Notes under the pieces: generated by a model
Seen by the model: only the letters and a program-made list of their open reading frames with translations
The model's database searches: none
What the model was told of the DNA's origin: nothing
Program-made: the position numbers and the translations under genes
Shown: piece after piece, positions 25,171 to 32,000 of the stretch
Position numbering within the stretch: position 1 is the stretch's first letter
Layout of the letters: each line of letters begins with the position of its first letter
DNA from: Candidatus Pacearchaeota archaeon
Lineage (GTDB): Archaea > Nanobdellota > Nanobdellia > Pacearchaeales > UBA284
Direction of reading: 5' to 3'
Length of the DNA stretch: 32,000 bases
Assembly: GCA_026016245.1 (NCBI GenBank)
Contig: CP061211.1
Span: forward strand, 330,001 to 362,000

Positions 25171-25903
25171 TCAAATCAAGAACATAATGATCTAGAGAAG
25201 GAGAATAACTTTTTACTCTTACTGCTTTAATTAATTTTACTTTCTTTATTCTACTTATTTTCTCTACTAATTTTTTTATTTCTTGTTTAGGATTTTTTCT
25301 TAAAATCAAACAGCTATAATGAATTATTGTTCCTTTTTTTGCAACTTTGAATGATATTTTAAGATAAGGAAAAGGTGAAGGGAGATAACCCATAATAATT
25401 CTGTCTGCTTTAATCTCTAGTCTTGGAACAATCTTTTGGCAGTCTCCTCTTATGGCTTTAATATTCTTTATCTTATTCAGTTTTATATTTTGAACAAGAT
25501 ATCTATAAGCTTGAGGGTTCAATTCAATTGAATAGACATTATTAACTTTTTTTGTAAGAGGGAGTGAAAAATAGCCGATTCCTGCAAACATATCAATAAC
25601 AATATCATTCTTCCTGGAAATTTTTGCTATCCTATGCCTCTCATTGATATTTCCTTTAGCAAACATGACTTTTTTTATATCAAGCTTGTAAAGAATTCCT
25701 GATTCTTTATGAATTGTTTCTGTTTTTTTTGTTTTTGCTCTGCTCAGTATGACTTTAATTTGCGGTTTCCTCAGCTTTCCTTTGATTTTTCCTATTCTTA
25801 TGCAGATTGTTTTTATTTTAGGAAATTTTTTTAGAAATTTTTCAGCTTCTTTTTTAGTTATTTTATTAAAGATAGCAATATTGCCAATTTGTTGATAGCC
25901 CAT
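25160..25903 (-). CDS. Met-10+ (Trm5/Taw2-family) SAM-dependent tRNA-modifying enzyme
   Basis: Contains KVMFAKGNINERHRIA, VIDMFAGIGYFSLPL, SIELNPQAY, RGDC and ADRIIMGYLP, which are the Trm5/Taw2 motifs. It lacks the Trm5 D1 domain (247 aa only). That, together with its divergent position next to taw1, favours Taw2. Confidence 0.8.
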   Translation of the reverse strand: MGYQQIGNIAIFNKITKKEAEKFLKKFPKIKTICIRIGKIKGKLRKPQIKVILSRAKTKKTETIHKESGILYKLDIKKVMFAKGNINERHRIAKISRKNDIVIDMFAGIGYFSLPLTKKVNNVYSIELNPQAYRYLVQNIKLNKIKNIKAIRGDCQKIVPRLEIKADRIIMGYLPSPFPYLKISFKVAKKGTIIHYSCLILRKNPKQEIKKLVEKISRIKKVKLIKAVRVKSYSPSLDHYVLDLIKV

Positions 25904-25944
25904 ATCAGAATAAATTTAAATATACTTTAAATATTTTCTTTGTT

Positions 25945-26883
25945 ATGATACCAGAAAAAGTTAGGGATTTGTTCAGAAAGCAACATTATGCTCTTGTTGG
26001 CAATCATAGCGCTGTTCAGATTTGTAGATGGACCAAGAAAAGTCTGCTTGATAAAGATGTCTGCTACAAGCAAAAATTTTATGGAATACAATGTCACAGA
26101 TGCTGCCAGATGGCTCCTTGTATTTCTTGGTGTCAGCATAGATGTGTTTTTTGTTGGCGTGCTATAGAATATACACTTGGAGATAAAATGCAAGGAAAAA
26201 TAGATGATCCAAAAGAGATTATTGATAAATGCATAGAAGCTCAGAAAAAACAACTTATAGGTTTCATGGGAAATTCTAAAGCTAATAAGATTAAGTTACA
26301 AGAAGCATTTCATCCAAAACATTTTGCAATCAGTCTTGCAGGAGAACCAACTATTTATCCAAAACTTAGCGAATTGATTAAAGAGCTGCATAGAAGGAAA
26401 ATAACAACTTTTCTTGTCACAAATGGCATGCTTCCTGAAGTTTTAGGAAAGATAGAAATGCCTACTCAGTTATATGTTTCAGTTGATGCACCAAATGAAG
26501 AACTTTACAAAAAAATAGACAAGCCAGTTACAGGAAAATGGAAAAATTTGATTGAAACTCTAAAACTACTGCCAAGATTAAAGACAAGAACTGTGATGAG
26601 GATAACTTGTATAAGAAATTTGAATATGATAGAGCCAGAAAATTATGCTAAATTTATTAAAATGGCTGAGCCAATGTTTGTTGAAATTAAAGGTTATGTT
26701 GCTGTAGGTTTTTCTAGAAAGAGGCTTGGGGTTAATTTTATGCCGCAACATTCTGAAGTTAGAGGGTTTGCAGAAAAAATTTCAAAGCATAGTGGTTATA
26801 AAATTATTGATGAAAAAGAAAATTCTCGTGTTGTCTTGTTAATGAAAGAAGATAGAAATCGTTTCATTAAGTTAAATGAATAA
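25945..26883 (+). CDS. taw1: 4-demethylwyosine synthase Taw1/TYW1 (radical SAM)
   Basis: Contains the CQHRCVFCWR radical SAM cluster, upstream Cys residues (CRWTKK, CYKQKFYGIQCHRCCQMAPC) for the second cluster, and LAGEPTIYP, LVTNG. Confidence 0.88.
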   Translation: MIPEKVRDLFRKQHYALVGNHSAVQICRWTKKSLLDKDVCYKQKFYGIQCHRCCQMAPCISWCQHRCVFCWRAIEYTLGDKMQGKIDDPKEIIDKCIEAQKKQLIGFMGNSKANKIKLQEAFHPKHFAISLAGEPTIYPKLSELIKELHRRKITTFLVTNGMLPEVLGKIEMPTQLYVSVDAPNEELYKKIDKPVTGKWKNLIETLKLLPRLKTRTVMRITCIRNLNMIEPENYAKFIKMAEPMFVEIKGYVAVGFSRKRLGVNFMPQHSEVRGFAEKISKHSGYKIIDEKENSRVVLLMKEDRNRFIKLNE

Positions 26884-27877
26884 AATCTTTTTGGATTTCT
26901 TTTCTCAGTTTAAAACTATTGGCCCATTTTGCATAAGCCTGCCAGCCCTGATAAGATTCAATCATTTTTTCATAAGACAGGAAGCCTATTTTATATTGCT
27001 CTATTCTTAATAATATATTTCTTATATTTCTCTTTCTCAACAGTTTGAAATAATAAAAATTCCTGAAGCCAACAAAATCAACTCCTTTAAATAAAGGAAT
27101 TACCCTAGATTTTTCTGGATGTAATTCCAACTTTAATTTTTCTTCTAAAAATTTACCAATATAAAATTTCCATATCTCAAGCTGAATTTTATTTTCATGT
27201 AAAATTACAAAATCATCAACATATCTAATATAATATTTTGTTTTTAATTGGTGTTTAACAAAATAATCAAGTTCATTAAGATAAACATTAGCAAAGAATT
27301 GGCTTGTCAAATTGCCAAGAGGCATGCCTTTTTCTTTAAAGCCGTTATTTAAAATCTGATTGATAAGCCACAAAACTTTTTCATCACTTATCTTCTTGCT
27401 TATTATATTCAATAAAATTCTATGGCTAACTTCCTGAAAATAATGCCTTATATCTGCTTTTAATACAAAACATGCTCTTGTATTATTCCTTGAAACTTTT
27501 CTCTTAAAAAAGTCAAATCTTTTCAAAGCAAATAAATTTCCCTTATTTTTTCTATTGGCACAACTATCACAAATGAAGGTTTTATCAAAAATATGCTCAA
27601 TAACTCTATAAACTGCATGATGAATGATTCTATCTCTAAAATTGGATTTACTTATTTTTCTTGTTTTTGGATCTCTCAAGATGAAAGTTTTTAATGGTTT
27701 TGGTTGATAGGTTTGTTCTTTAAGTTCTTTGTGTAAAGATAGTAAATTTTCTCTTAAATTACTTTCAAATTCAATAACATAATCTTTGCGAGTTTTGGGT
27801 TTTCTTGCTTTTCTCCATGCAAAGTATAAATTCCTTATAGAATAAATTTTTGGATAAAGATATTTTTGGGTTTTCAT
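26867..27877 (-). CDS. DGR-type reverse transcriptase
   Basis: From ATG 27877: MKTQKYLYPKIYSIRNLYFAWRKARKPKTRKDYVIEFESNL.... Motifs are RDPKTRKISKSNFRDRIIHHAV, LKADIRHYF, GMPLGNLTSQFFANVYLNELD (the LGxxxSQ motif characteristic of DGR RTs) and IRYVDDFVI (YxDD). The track ORF extends to TTG 28072 only because the in-frame TR contains no stop codon. Confidence 0.9.
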   Translation of the reverse strand: MKTQKYLYPKIYSIRNLYFAWRKARKPKTRKDYVIEFESNLRENLLSLHKELKEQTYQPKPLKTFILRDPKTRKISKSNFRDRIIHHAVYRVIEHIFDKTFICDSCANRKNKGNLFALKRFDFFKRKVSRNNTRACFVLKADIRHYFQEVSHRILLNIISKKISDEKVLWLINQILNNGFKEKGMPLGNLTSQFFANVYLNELDYFVKHQLKTKYYIRYVDDFVILHENKIQLEIWKFYIGKFLEEKLKLELHPEKSRVIPLFKGVDFVGFRNFYYFKLLRKRNIRNILLRIEQYKIGFLSYEKMIESYQGWQAYAKWANSFKLRKEIQKDFIHLT

Positions 27878-27922
27878 ATCATTAATAAATATAATATGGT
27901 TTTCTGAAGTCCCAGAAGAGAC

Positions 27923-28007
27923 CATTCCAAACACCCTGTTGTCGTTGTTGAGGTTTCTGTCGTTGCCATTAAGGTCTGAGTCATTATCAGGATTCCTGAA
28001 CCACAGG
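27923..28007 (-). repeat. DGR template repeat (TR)
   Basis: Minus strand: TGTGGTTCAGGAATCCTGATAATGACTCAGACCTTAATGGCAACGACAGAAACCTCAACAACGACAACAGGGTGTTTGGAATGG. It contains 8 AAY (Asn) and 5 GAY codons. It aligns with 28370..28460, with all of about 22 substitutions at TR adenines. Confidence 0.85.
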
Positions 28008-28207
28008 ACATCTATAGCCAGTTTACCACAACAGAATTTATTTCTGCCACCACCAATCCAGGTTTCGTACAAAAACTACTTGCTGTTTTGATTGAATTTT
28101 ATGACTTAAAATTAATTTGAATAATGTGCTAATAAATTGGCATGTGGCCTCTTCTATTTTAAAAATAGAGCTGAGGCAAAACTAAAAAACAAGAAGGATT
28201 TAAGAAT

Positions 28208-29014
28208 TTATTGTCTAAGCTTATGAATAAGATTCTCTAAATTTTTTGTTTGTTCTGGTTTTAAGAATTTTCCTAATCTAGCAATTTCTTTTTCTGCATT
28301 TTTTAAATCTGACAAATTATAAGCCAAACCTTTTTGCTGACGCGAACTGGCTTCGCCAGTTTCTCCTAACACCCCAAACACCCTGAGGACGCCGTCGTCG
28401 AGGAGGCCCCTGCCGATGCCACCAAGGTCCGAGCCACCACCAGGACCCCCGAACCACAAGTAATTAATCACAGTTCCTTTTTGTTTATCAACATATGGAG
28501 AATTGATTGGATAGAAGGTGATTTTATTCTGGGCAAATTTATCAAAATATTGGGTCTCTACATCTTGAAAAAGAGTTTCTGCAGTTTCACTGCCTTTCTT
28601 AATACTAAATCTGCTTCTTTCAGGAAGAAATACTGCCCTTCTTTTTTCTGGCTCTTTATTTTTATCTTCTTCTGCAAATTTAGAATACATATCATAAATC
28701 CCCAAGTCTTTTGTAACAAAATAATATCCATTTCTGTTAGCTTGAACTGCTTTTTCAGCCATTTTTAAGTCTTCTACTAAAGGAGAAATCATTGCTAGAA
28801 TAATAGGAGATTTTTTAGCATAAATAGGTGCATGGCATGTTCTTGTGCTATCTGTTGAGCCGCCATTAATTCTCATATAAGCACAATCTCTCACACTAAT
28901 AGGATATTTTGCCCCTGCTTTTTTTAATGTTTTTAATTGTTCATCAAAAGGAGCATAAACTCTTATAATTTCTCCTAAACCTTTTACTTTTCCAATATGT
29001 TTTACTTTTGCCAT
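28208..29014 (-). CDS. DGR variable (target) protein, no signal peptide; VR encodes aa 186-215 of 268
   Basis: ATG start with BRE/TATA 25 nt upstream. The VR-encoded segment LWFGGPGGGSDLGGIGRGLLDDGVLRVFGV matches the TR-encoded LWFRNPDNDSDLNGNDRNLNNDN--RVFGM. It is followed by a 50-aa helical tail. The N-terminal 185 aa has no motif I recognise. Confidence 0.85.
   Translation of the reverse strand: MAKVKHIGKVKGLGEIIRVYAPFDEQLKTLKKAGAKYPISVRDCAYMRINGGSTDSTRTCHAPIYAKKSPIILAMISPLVEDLKMAEKAVQANRNGYYFVTKDLGIYDMYSKFAEEDKNKEPEKRRAVFLPERSRFSIKKGSETAETLFQDVETQYFDKFAQNKITFYPINSPYVDKQKGTVINYLWFGGPGGGSDLGGIGRGLLDDGVLRVFGVLGETGEASSRQQKGLAYNLSDLKNAEKEIARLGKFLKPEQTKNLENLIHKLRQ
28345..28361 (-). promoter_or_regulatory. 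GC-rich hairpin 8 nt 3' of the VR (candidate DGR target-recognition element)
   Basis: Perfect inverted repeat AACTGGC-GAA-GCCAGTT (7-bp stem, 3-nt loop) embedded in the codons for ETGEASS. The TR copy has no equivalent sequence at the same offset. Confidence 0.6.
28370..28460 (-). repeat. DGR variable repeat (VR)
   Basis: Minus strand: TGTGGTTCGGGGGTCCTGGTGGTGGCTCGGACCTTGGTGGCATCGGCAGGGGCCTCCTCGACGACGGCGTCCTCAGGGTGTTTGGGGTG. This is the most G+C-rich stretch in the window. It is identical to the TR at non-A positions and 6 nt longer than the TR. Confidence 0.85.
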
Positions 29015-29033
29015 GTTTCTTATAATAAAAAAG

Positions 29034-29050
29034 AATTTATAAATCTTTCG
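29034..29050 (-). promoter_or_regulatory. BRE/TATA promoter of the DGR target gene (leaderless spacing)
   Basis: The minus strand reads CGAAAGA-TTTATAAATT, with the TATA centre about 25 nt upstream of ATG 29014. This closely matches the CGAAAGG-TTTATAAATA box upstream of tuf (21235..21254). Confidence 0.5.
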
Positions 29051-29116
29051 TTTTTGTTGTTATTTGAGAGAGGCTACAAAATAAAAAGACTAGGACTCAC
29101 AACAGAAAAGACAGGA

Positions 29117-29341
29117 TTATGAAGTTTGACTAATATTTTTGATTACTTCATCTATACATTTCTTACAGTAAACATTTCCATTAATGAAAATTCCAGTTTC
29201 AATATGTTCCATACACTCTGGACATGTTCGTGGATTAACAGATTTTTCAGAATTGTAAACATTAATGAAGTCTCTTACCAAATATTTAATTGCAGCTTTA
29301 CGTATATCATATTTGCTTCCTATCCTAATTTCCTTAGCCAT
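29117..29341 (-). CDS. Small zinc-ribbon protein (CPEC...CKKC)
   Basis: 74 aa with two CxxC pairs 20 residues apart (TCPECMEH...VYCKKCIDE). ATG start. The + ORF 29126..29344 is its antisense shadow. Confidence 0.55.
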   Translation of the reverse strand: MAKEIRIGSKYDIRKAAIKYLVRDFINVYNSEKSVNPRTCPECMEHIETGIFINGNVYCKKCIDEVIKNISQTS

Positions 29342-29391
29342 TAATTTACTAGACTAAAAAACTTTATAAAATTAGTTGTGTTTGGATTGTT

Positions 29392-29658
29392 ATGATAGAG
29401 GTGATAATTGGTTTTATTGGGATGTTTTTAATCTTGCTGGCTTTCTTTATGAATCAAATACATAAATGGAAAACTAAAAATCCTATTTATGACATTGTTA
29501 ATTTTTGCGGAGCTTTATTATTAATTATTTATTCTTATTTGATAAAGAGTTGGCCTTTTCTAATCCTTAATTTAATCTGGCTTGTTGTTTCTTTTAGAGA
29601 AGCTTTGGTGGATATTGAAGGGAGAGAGAAAGGAACAATTGGATATAAAAGAAAATAA
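29392..29658 (+). CDS. Small 3-TM membrane protein
   Basis: 88 aa with three hydrophobic helices (IIGFIGMFLILLAFFM, IVNFCGALLLIIYSYLI, FLILNLIWLVVSF). ATG start. Confidence 0.55.
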   Translation: MIEVIIGFIGMFLILLAFFMNQIHKWKTKNPIYDIVNFCGALLLIIYSYLIKSWPFLILNLIWLVVSFREALVDIEGREKGTIGYKRK

Positions 29659-29659
29659 T

Positions 29660-30370
29660 TTAACTTTTCGCAATTTTCCATAAAAGATTAAAATATCCTT
29701 TATACGCCTGGGCTATTTTTTTACTTTCAATGATAATCAAAAAAGGTTTGCCATATAAAATTGAAATAGAAATTTTATTTCCATAAATTGTAGTTGTAGC
29801 AGGACTACCATATTCTTCTGGTAGATATTTTGTTTTTATTGTTTTAGGAAATTTTGAAAAATATCTTCTTGCTTCTTCATTAGCTATAAACCTAGCTTTT
29901 TTTACATTTTTTATAAATTTTTTAACAAGAACAGGCATTTCATATTCTAATATATCCCATGCTTTTCCCCTCATACCTAAACCGTAGACTTCTTTAAGTT
30001 TTATAAATTCCTTCATATAACTTTTAAATCCTTCTTTACCTTCATAAATTTCAACTCTTTGTTCTTCTTTTGGTTTTTTTTCTAAAGAAAGAAGTCTAGG
30101 TAAAATCTCTTTAACCAAATTTTCTTTTTCTTGAAGATTTTTTAATAATGTTCTAGGATTTGCTGCTCTAAAATATTTTTTTCCAGATTTAATAACATAA
30201 CTAACAAGACCTTTGTTGATAAGTCGTTTTAGGGTATCATACACATAGGGTCTATATAATGTGGTTTTATGGGCAATCTCTGTTGCTGTTGACTGACCTA
30301 ATTCAATTAAGTTTAAATAAATTTTAATTTCATTATTACTTAAACCAACTTTTCTAAGTTGTTCTTCCAT
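29660..30370 (-). CDS. TrmB-family transcriptional regulator (paralog of 1158..1898)
   Basis: Contains LRKVGLSNNEIKIYLNLIELGQSTATEIAHKTTLYRPYVYDTLKRLINKGLVSY. Full-length collinear similarity to the 1158..1898 product. Confidence 0.85.
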   Translation of the reverse strand: MEEQLRKVGLSNNEIKIYLNLIELGQSTATEIAHKTTLYRPYVYDTLKRLINKGLVSYVIKSGKKYFRAANPRTLLKNLQEKENLVKEILPRLLSLEKKPKEEQRVEIYEGKEGFKSYMKEFIKLKEVYGLGMRGKAWDILEYEMPVLVKKFIKNVKKARFIANEEARRYFSKFPKTIKTKYLPEEYGSPATTTIYGNKISISILYGKPFLIIIESKKIAQAYKGYFNLLWKIAKS

Positions 30371-30455
30371 ATAATAATTAATTTTTTTCTCTTTAAAAAA
30401 GTTGTCATTTTTAAAACGACAAAGATTTATATACTGAAAAGCTTGTTACTCAAAA

Positions 30456-31859
30456 ATGAGGATTTGTGTAATAGCACCAAGGACAGGCAAGGAATTATCC
30501 AGGCAAGTTCCTATAATAAGAGAACCTTTAGGTGCTTGTTGTATATCAGCTTATTTAAAAAAATATGGTTATGAATCTAAAGTGATACACCAAGTAGAGA
30601 TGGTTGATGATGACGTTTTATATAAAGTTAAAGAATTCAAAGCAGATATTGTCGGTATTTCAACATGGTCATATAATTTCAATGCTGGCAAAAGAATAGC
30701 AAAATTAATTAAATCTAGATATAAAGATATTCCAATAATTTTCGGTGGTGATCATGTTACAGCCTGTCCTGAAGTTGTAAAAGGAGATTGCATAGATTAT
30801 GTGGTGATTGGTGAAGGTGAAACCACAATGTTAGAATTAGTTAAAGCCTTAGAGGGTAAGAGAGATATAAATTCTGTAGATGGCATAGCTTATTATAAAA
30901 ATAAAGAAATTAAATTAACAAAATCAAGAAAAAGAATTAGAAATTTAGATGAATTGCCTTTTCCTGATAGAGAAGACTTGCCAATGGAAAAATATAGGGC
31001 TACTAAGCATGATTGTAGTCTTGTTTATCCTCCTGGACAGCAAATAGGAACTCAACATACTTCAAGAGGTTGCAGATATAAGTGTACTTTCTGTTCTACA
31101 CCAGTAACTTGGCCAGGAATGTGGGTTGCTAGATCTGCTAAAAATGTAGTGGATGAAACAGAAGATTTGTTGGACAACCACAATGTCAAAAGTATTTTCT
31201 TTTGTGATGAGGATTTTATGTGTAATATTGAAAGGATATATCAAATATGTGATGAGATTAAAAAAAGAAACCTTAAATTTAACTGGCTTTGTTTTTCAAA
31301 AGTTACTGATGTAAACAAAGATATCTTAAAAGCTATGAAAGATGCTGGTTGTACAAGAGTATTTTATGGAATAGAAAGTTGTGATAATATAACATTAAAA
31401 AAATTACATAAAGGCACAAATTTAAAGAAGATAATAAAGACATTTGAAATAACCGAAGAAATTGGACTTGATGTTTGGGGCACTTATATGGCGGGATACC
31501 CATGGGAAGATGAAAAGACTCTTCTAAAGTCACTAGGAAAACTAAAGGAAATGCCCATAGATTACTTATATCTTACTTTTTTAACTCCTTTTCCAGGTAC
31601 AGAAATTTATAAATATTGCAAAGAGAATAATTTGTTGCTTAATGAAAATTTTGATGATTATGATTGTAGTAAACCTATAATAAAAACACAAATTCCACCT
31701 AACAGATTACAAAAAATTCTATCAGAGTTTGAATATGAATTTTATACTAGTAATAGTTATATGTTGAGAGCTCACGAAAAGATAGAAAAAAATCCGCGAC
31801 TTAAAGAAATATATAATAAATTTTTTAAAAATATGGTAAAAGAGTTAAATAAAATCTAA
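30456..31859 (+). CDS. B12-binding-domain radical SAM protein (class B-like)
   Basis: The N-terminal cobalamin-binding-type domain shows DIVGISTWSYNF, IIFGGDHVT and VVIGEGE. The radical SAM cluster is TSRGCRYKCTFC. Later motifs are FCDEDF and YGIESC. Confidence 0.8.
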   Translation: MRICVIAPRTGKELSRQVPIIREPLGACCISAYLKKYGYESKVIHQVEMVDDDVLYKVKEFKADIVGISTWSYNFNAGKRIAKLIKSRYKDIPIIFGGDHVTACPEVVKGDCIDYVVIGEGETTMLELVKALEGKRDINSVDGIAYYKNKEIKLTKSRKRIRNLDELPFPDREDLPMEKYRATKHDCSLVYPPGQQIGTQHTSRGCRYKCTFCSTPVTWPGMWVARSAKNVVDETEDLLDNHNVKSIFFCDEDFMCNIERIYQICDEIKKRNLKFNWLCFSKVTDVNKDILKAMKDAGCTRVFYGIESCDNITLKKLHKGTNLKKIIKTFEITEEIGLDVWGTYMAGYPWEDEKTLLKSLGKLKEMPIDYLYLTFLTPFPGTEIYKYCKENNLLLNENFDDYDCSKPIIKTQIPPNRLQKILSEFEYEFYTSNSYMLRAHEKIEKNPRLKEIYNKFFKNMVKELNKI

Positions 31860-32000
31860 GATTTTTCTAGAATTTGTGCTTTAATATCTTGTTCTTTGCA
31901 AAGTTTGACAAATTTTTCTGCATCACTCCTTGAGCCAACTATTGCGCCATAATGCATTGGAATAGCAAGAGTTGGTTTTATTATTGAAGCTGCTTTTGCA
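31856..32000 (-). CDS. C-terminal fragment of an MBL-fold metal-dependent hydrolase (5' end outside window)
   Basis: Hand translation of the minus strand gives ...AKAASIIKPTLAIPMHYGAIVGSRSDAEKFVKLCKEQDIKAQILEKS*. The PMHYG...G...DAE.F pattern is typical of the C-terminus of UPF0173/Lactamase_B_3-type hydrolases. Its stop overlaps the stop of the convergent radical SAM gene. Confidence 0.5.
   Translation of the reverse strand, partial: AKAASIIKPTLAIPMHYGAIVGSRSDAEKFVKLCKEQDIKAQILEKS

Larger units (their letters stand above)
26867..29050 (-). mobile_element. Diversity-generating retroelement cassette: promoter - target gene with VR - TR - RT
   Basis: See the component features below. The order on the minus strand is target(VR) 29014..28208, TR 28007..27923, RT 27877..26867. 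No Avd-like ORF lies between them. Confidence 0.88.

Noticed and set aside
26867-27877. RT as a group II intron maturase or a retron RT
   Set aside because: There is no X/maturase or endonuclease domain, and no flanking intron RNA domains V/VI or retron msr/msd inverted repeats that I could see. The LGNLTSQ motif plus an adjacent TR/VR pair with adenine-only differences is DGR-specific.
26867-28072. The 401-aa ORF in the track, suggesting an RT with a 65-aa N-terminal extension (MYETWIGGGRNKFCCGKLAIDVLWFRNPDNDSDLNGND...)
   Set aside because: The start is a TTG. The extension is simply the template repeat, which is built of AAY/GAY codons, contains no stop and happens to be in frame. The RT homology begins at MKTQKYLYPKIYSIRNL (ATG 27877).
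29117-29341. The 74-aa zinc-ribbon protein as the DGR accessory protein (Avd)
   Set aside because: Avd proteins are four-helix bundles of about 110-130 aa without CxxC pairs, and they usually sit between the target gene and the TR. This ORF is upstream of the target promoter and looks like a generic zinc ribbon. A DGR link is possible but unsupported.
1-32000. CRISPR arrays, rRNA genes, integrases/transposases and prophage boundaries
   Set aside because: I saw no regularly spaced direct repeats of 25-40 bp, no rRNA-like conserved blocks, and no recombinase motifs in any ORF. The only tRNA gene is not flanked by a duplicated attachment-like sequence that I could detect.

Overview
The window is AT-rich (about 30% G+C by eye), densely packed archaeal chromosome. 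The archaeal assignment rests on EF-1alpha, archaeal TOPRIM DnaG, GatD, an ATP-dependent DNA ligase, Taw1 and form III RuBisCO, plus BRE/TATA boxes about 25 nt upstream of many ATGs, which implies leaderless mRNAs. Gene content and compaction suggest a small-genome DPANN-type archaeon; this is inference only.

Housekeeping genes: lig-nfo (ATGA overlap), ftsZ, gatD, dnaG, tuf, rbcL (form III), tRNA-Arg(UCG), a taw1/Trm5-Taw2 pair, two transporters, a nitroreductase and a LuxE-like adenylating enzyme.

Three accessory regions stand out:
1. 26867..29050 is a complete diversity-generating retroelement (DGR). It has an RT with the LGNLTSQ and YVDD motifs. An Asn-codon-rich template repeat differs from a variable repeat in the upstream target gene only at TR adenines. 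A GC-rich hairpin sits just 3' of the VR. No Avd-like ORF is present.
2. 17262..18745 is a radical SAM cassette I do not recognise. Two translationally coupled 60-62 aa ORFs each start with MA(I/V)PGFSGSxGGIS. Two more copies of that tag are fused in frame to the N-terminus of the radical SAM enzyme itself. A tandem Lrp/AsnC regulator is transcribed divergently.
3. 1..5832 holds a three-gene ORFan operon with locally G+C-rich, internally repetitive sequence. It is bracketed by two Cys-rich secreted surface proteins and a TrmB-family regulator.

No CRISPR array, rRNA, integrase or transposase was seen. All family assignments come from motif recognition by eye; no database search was run.
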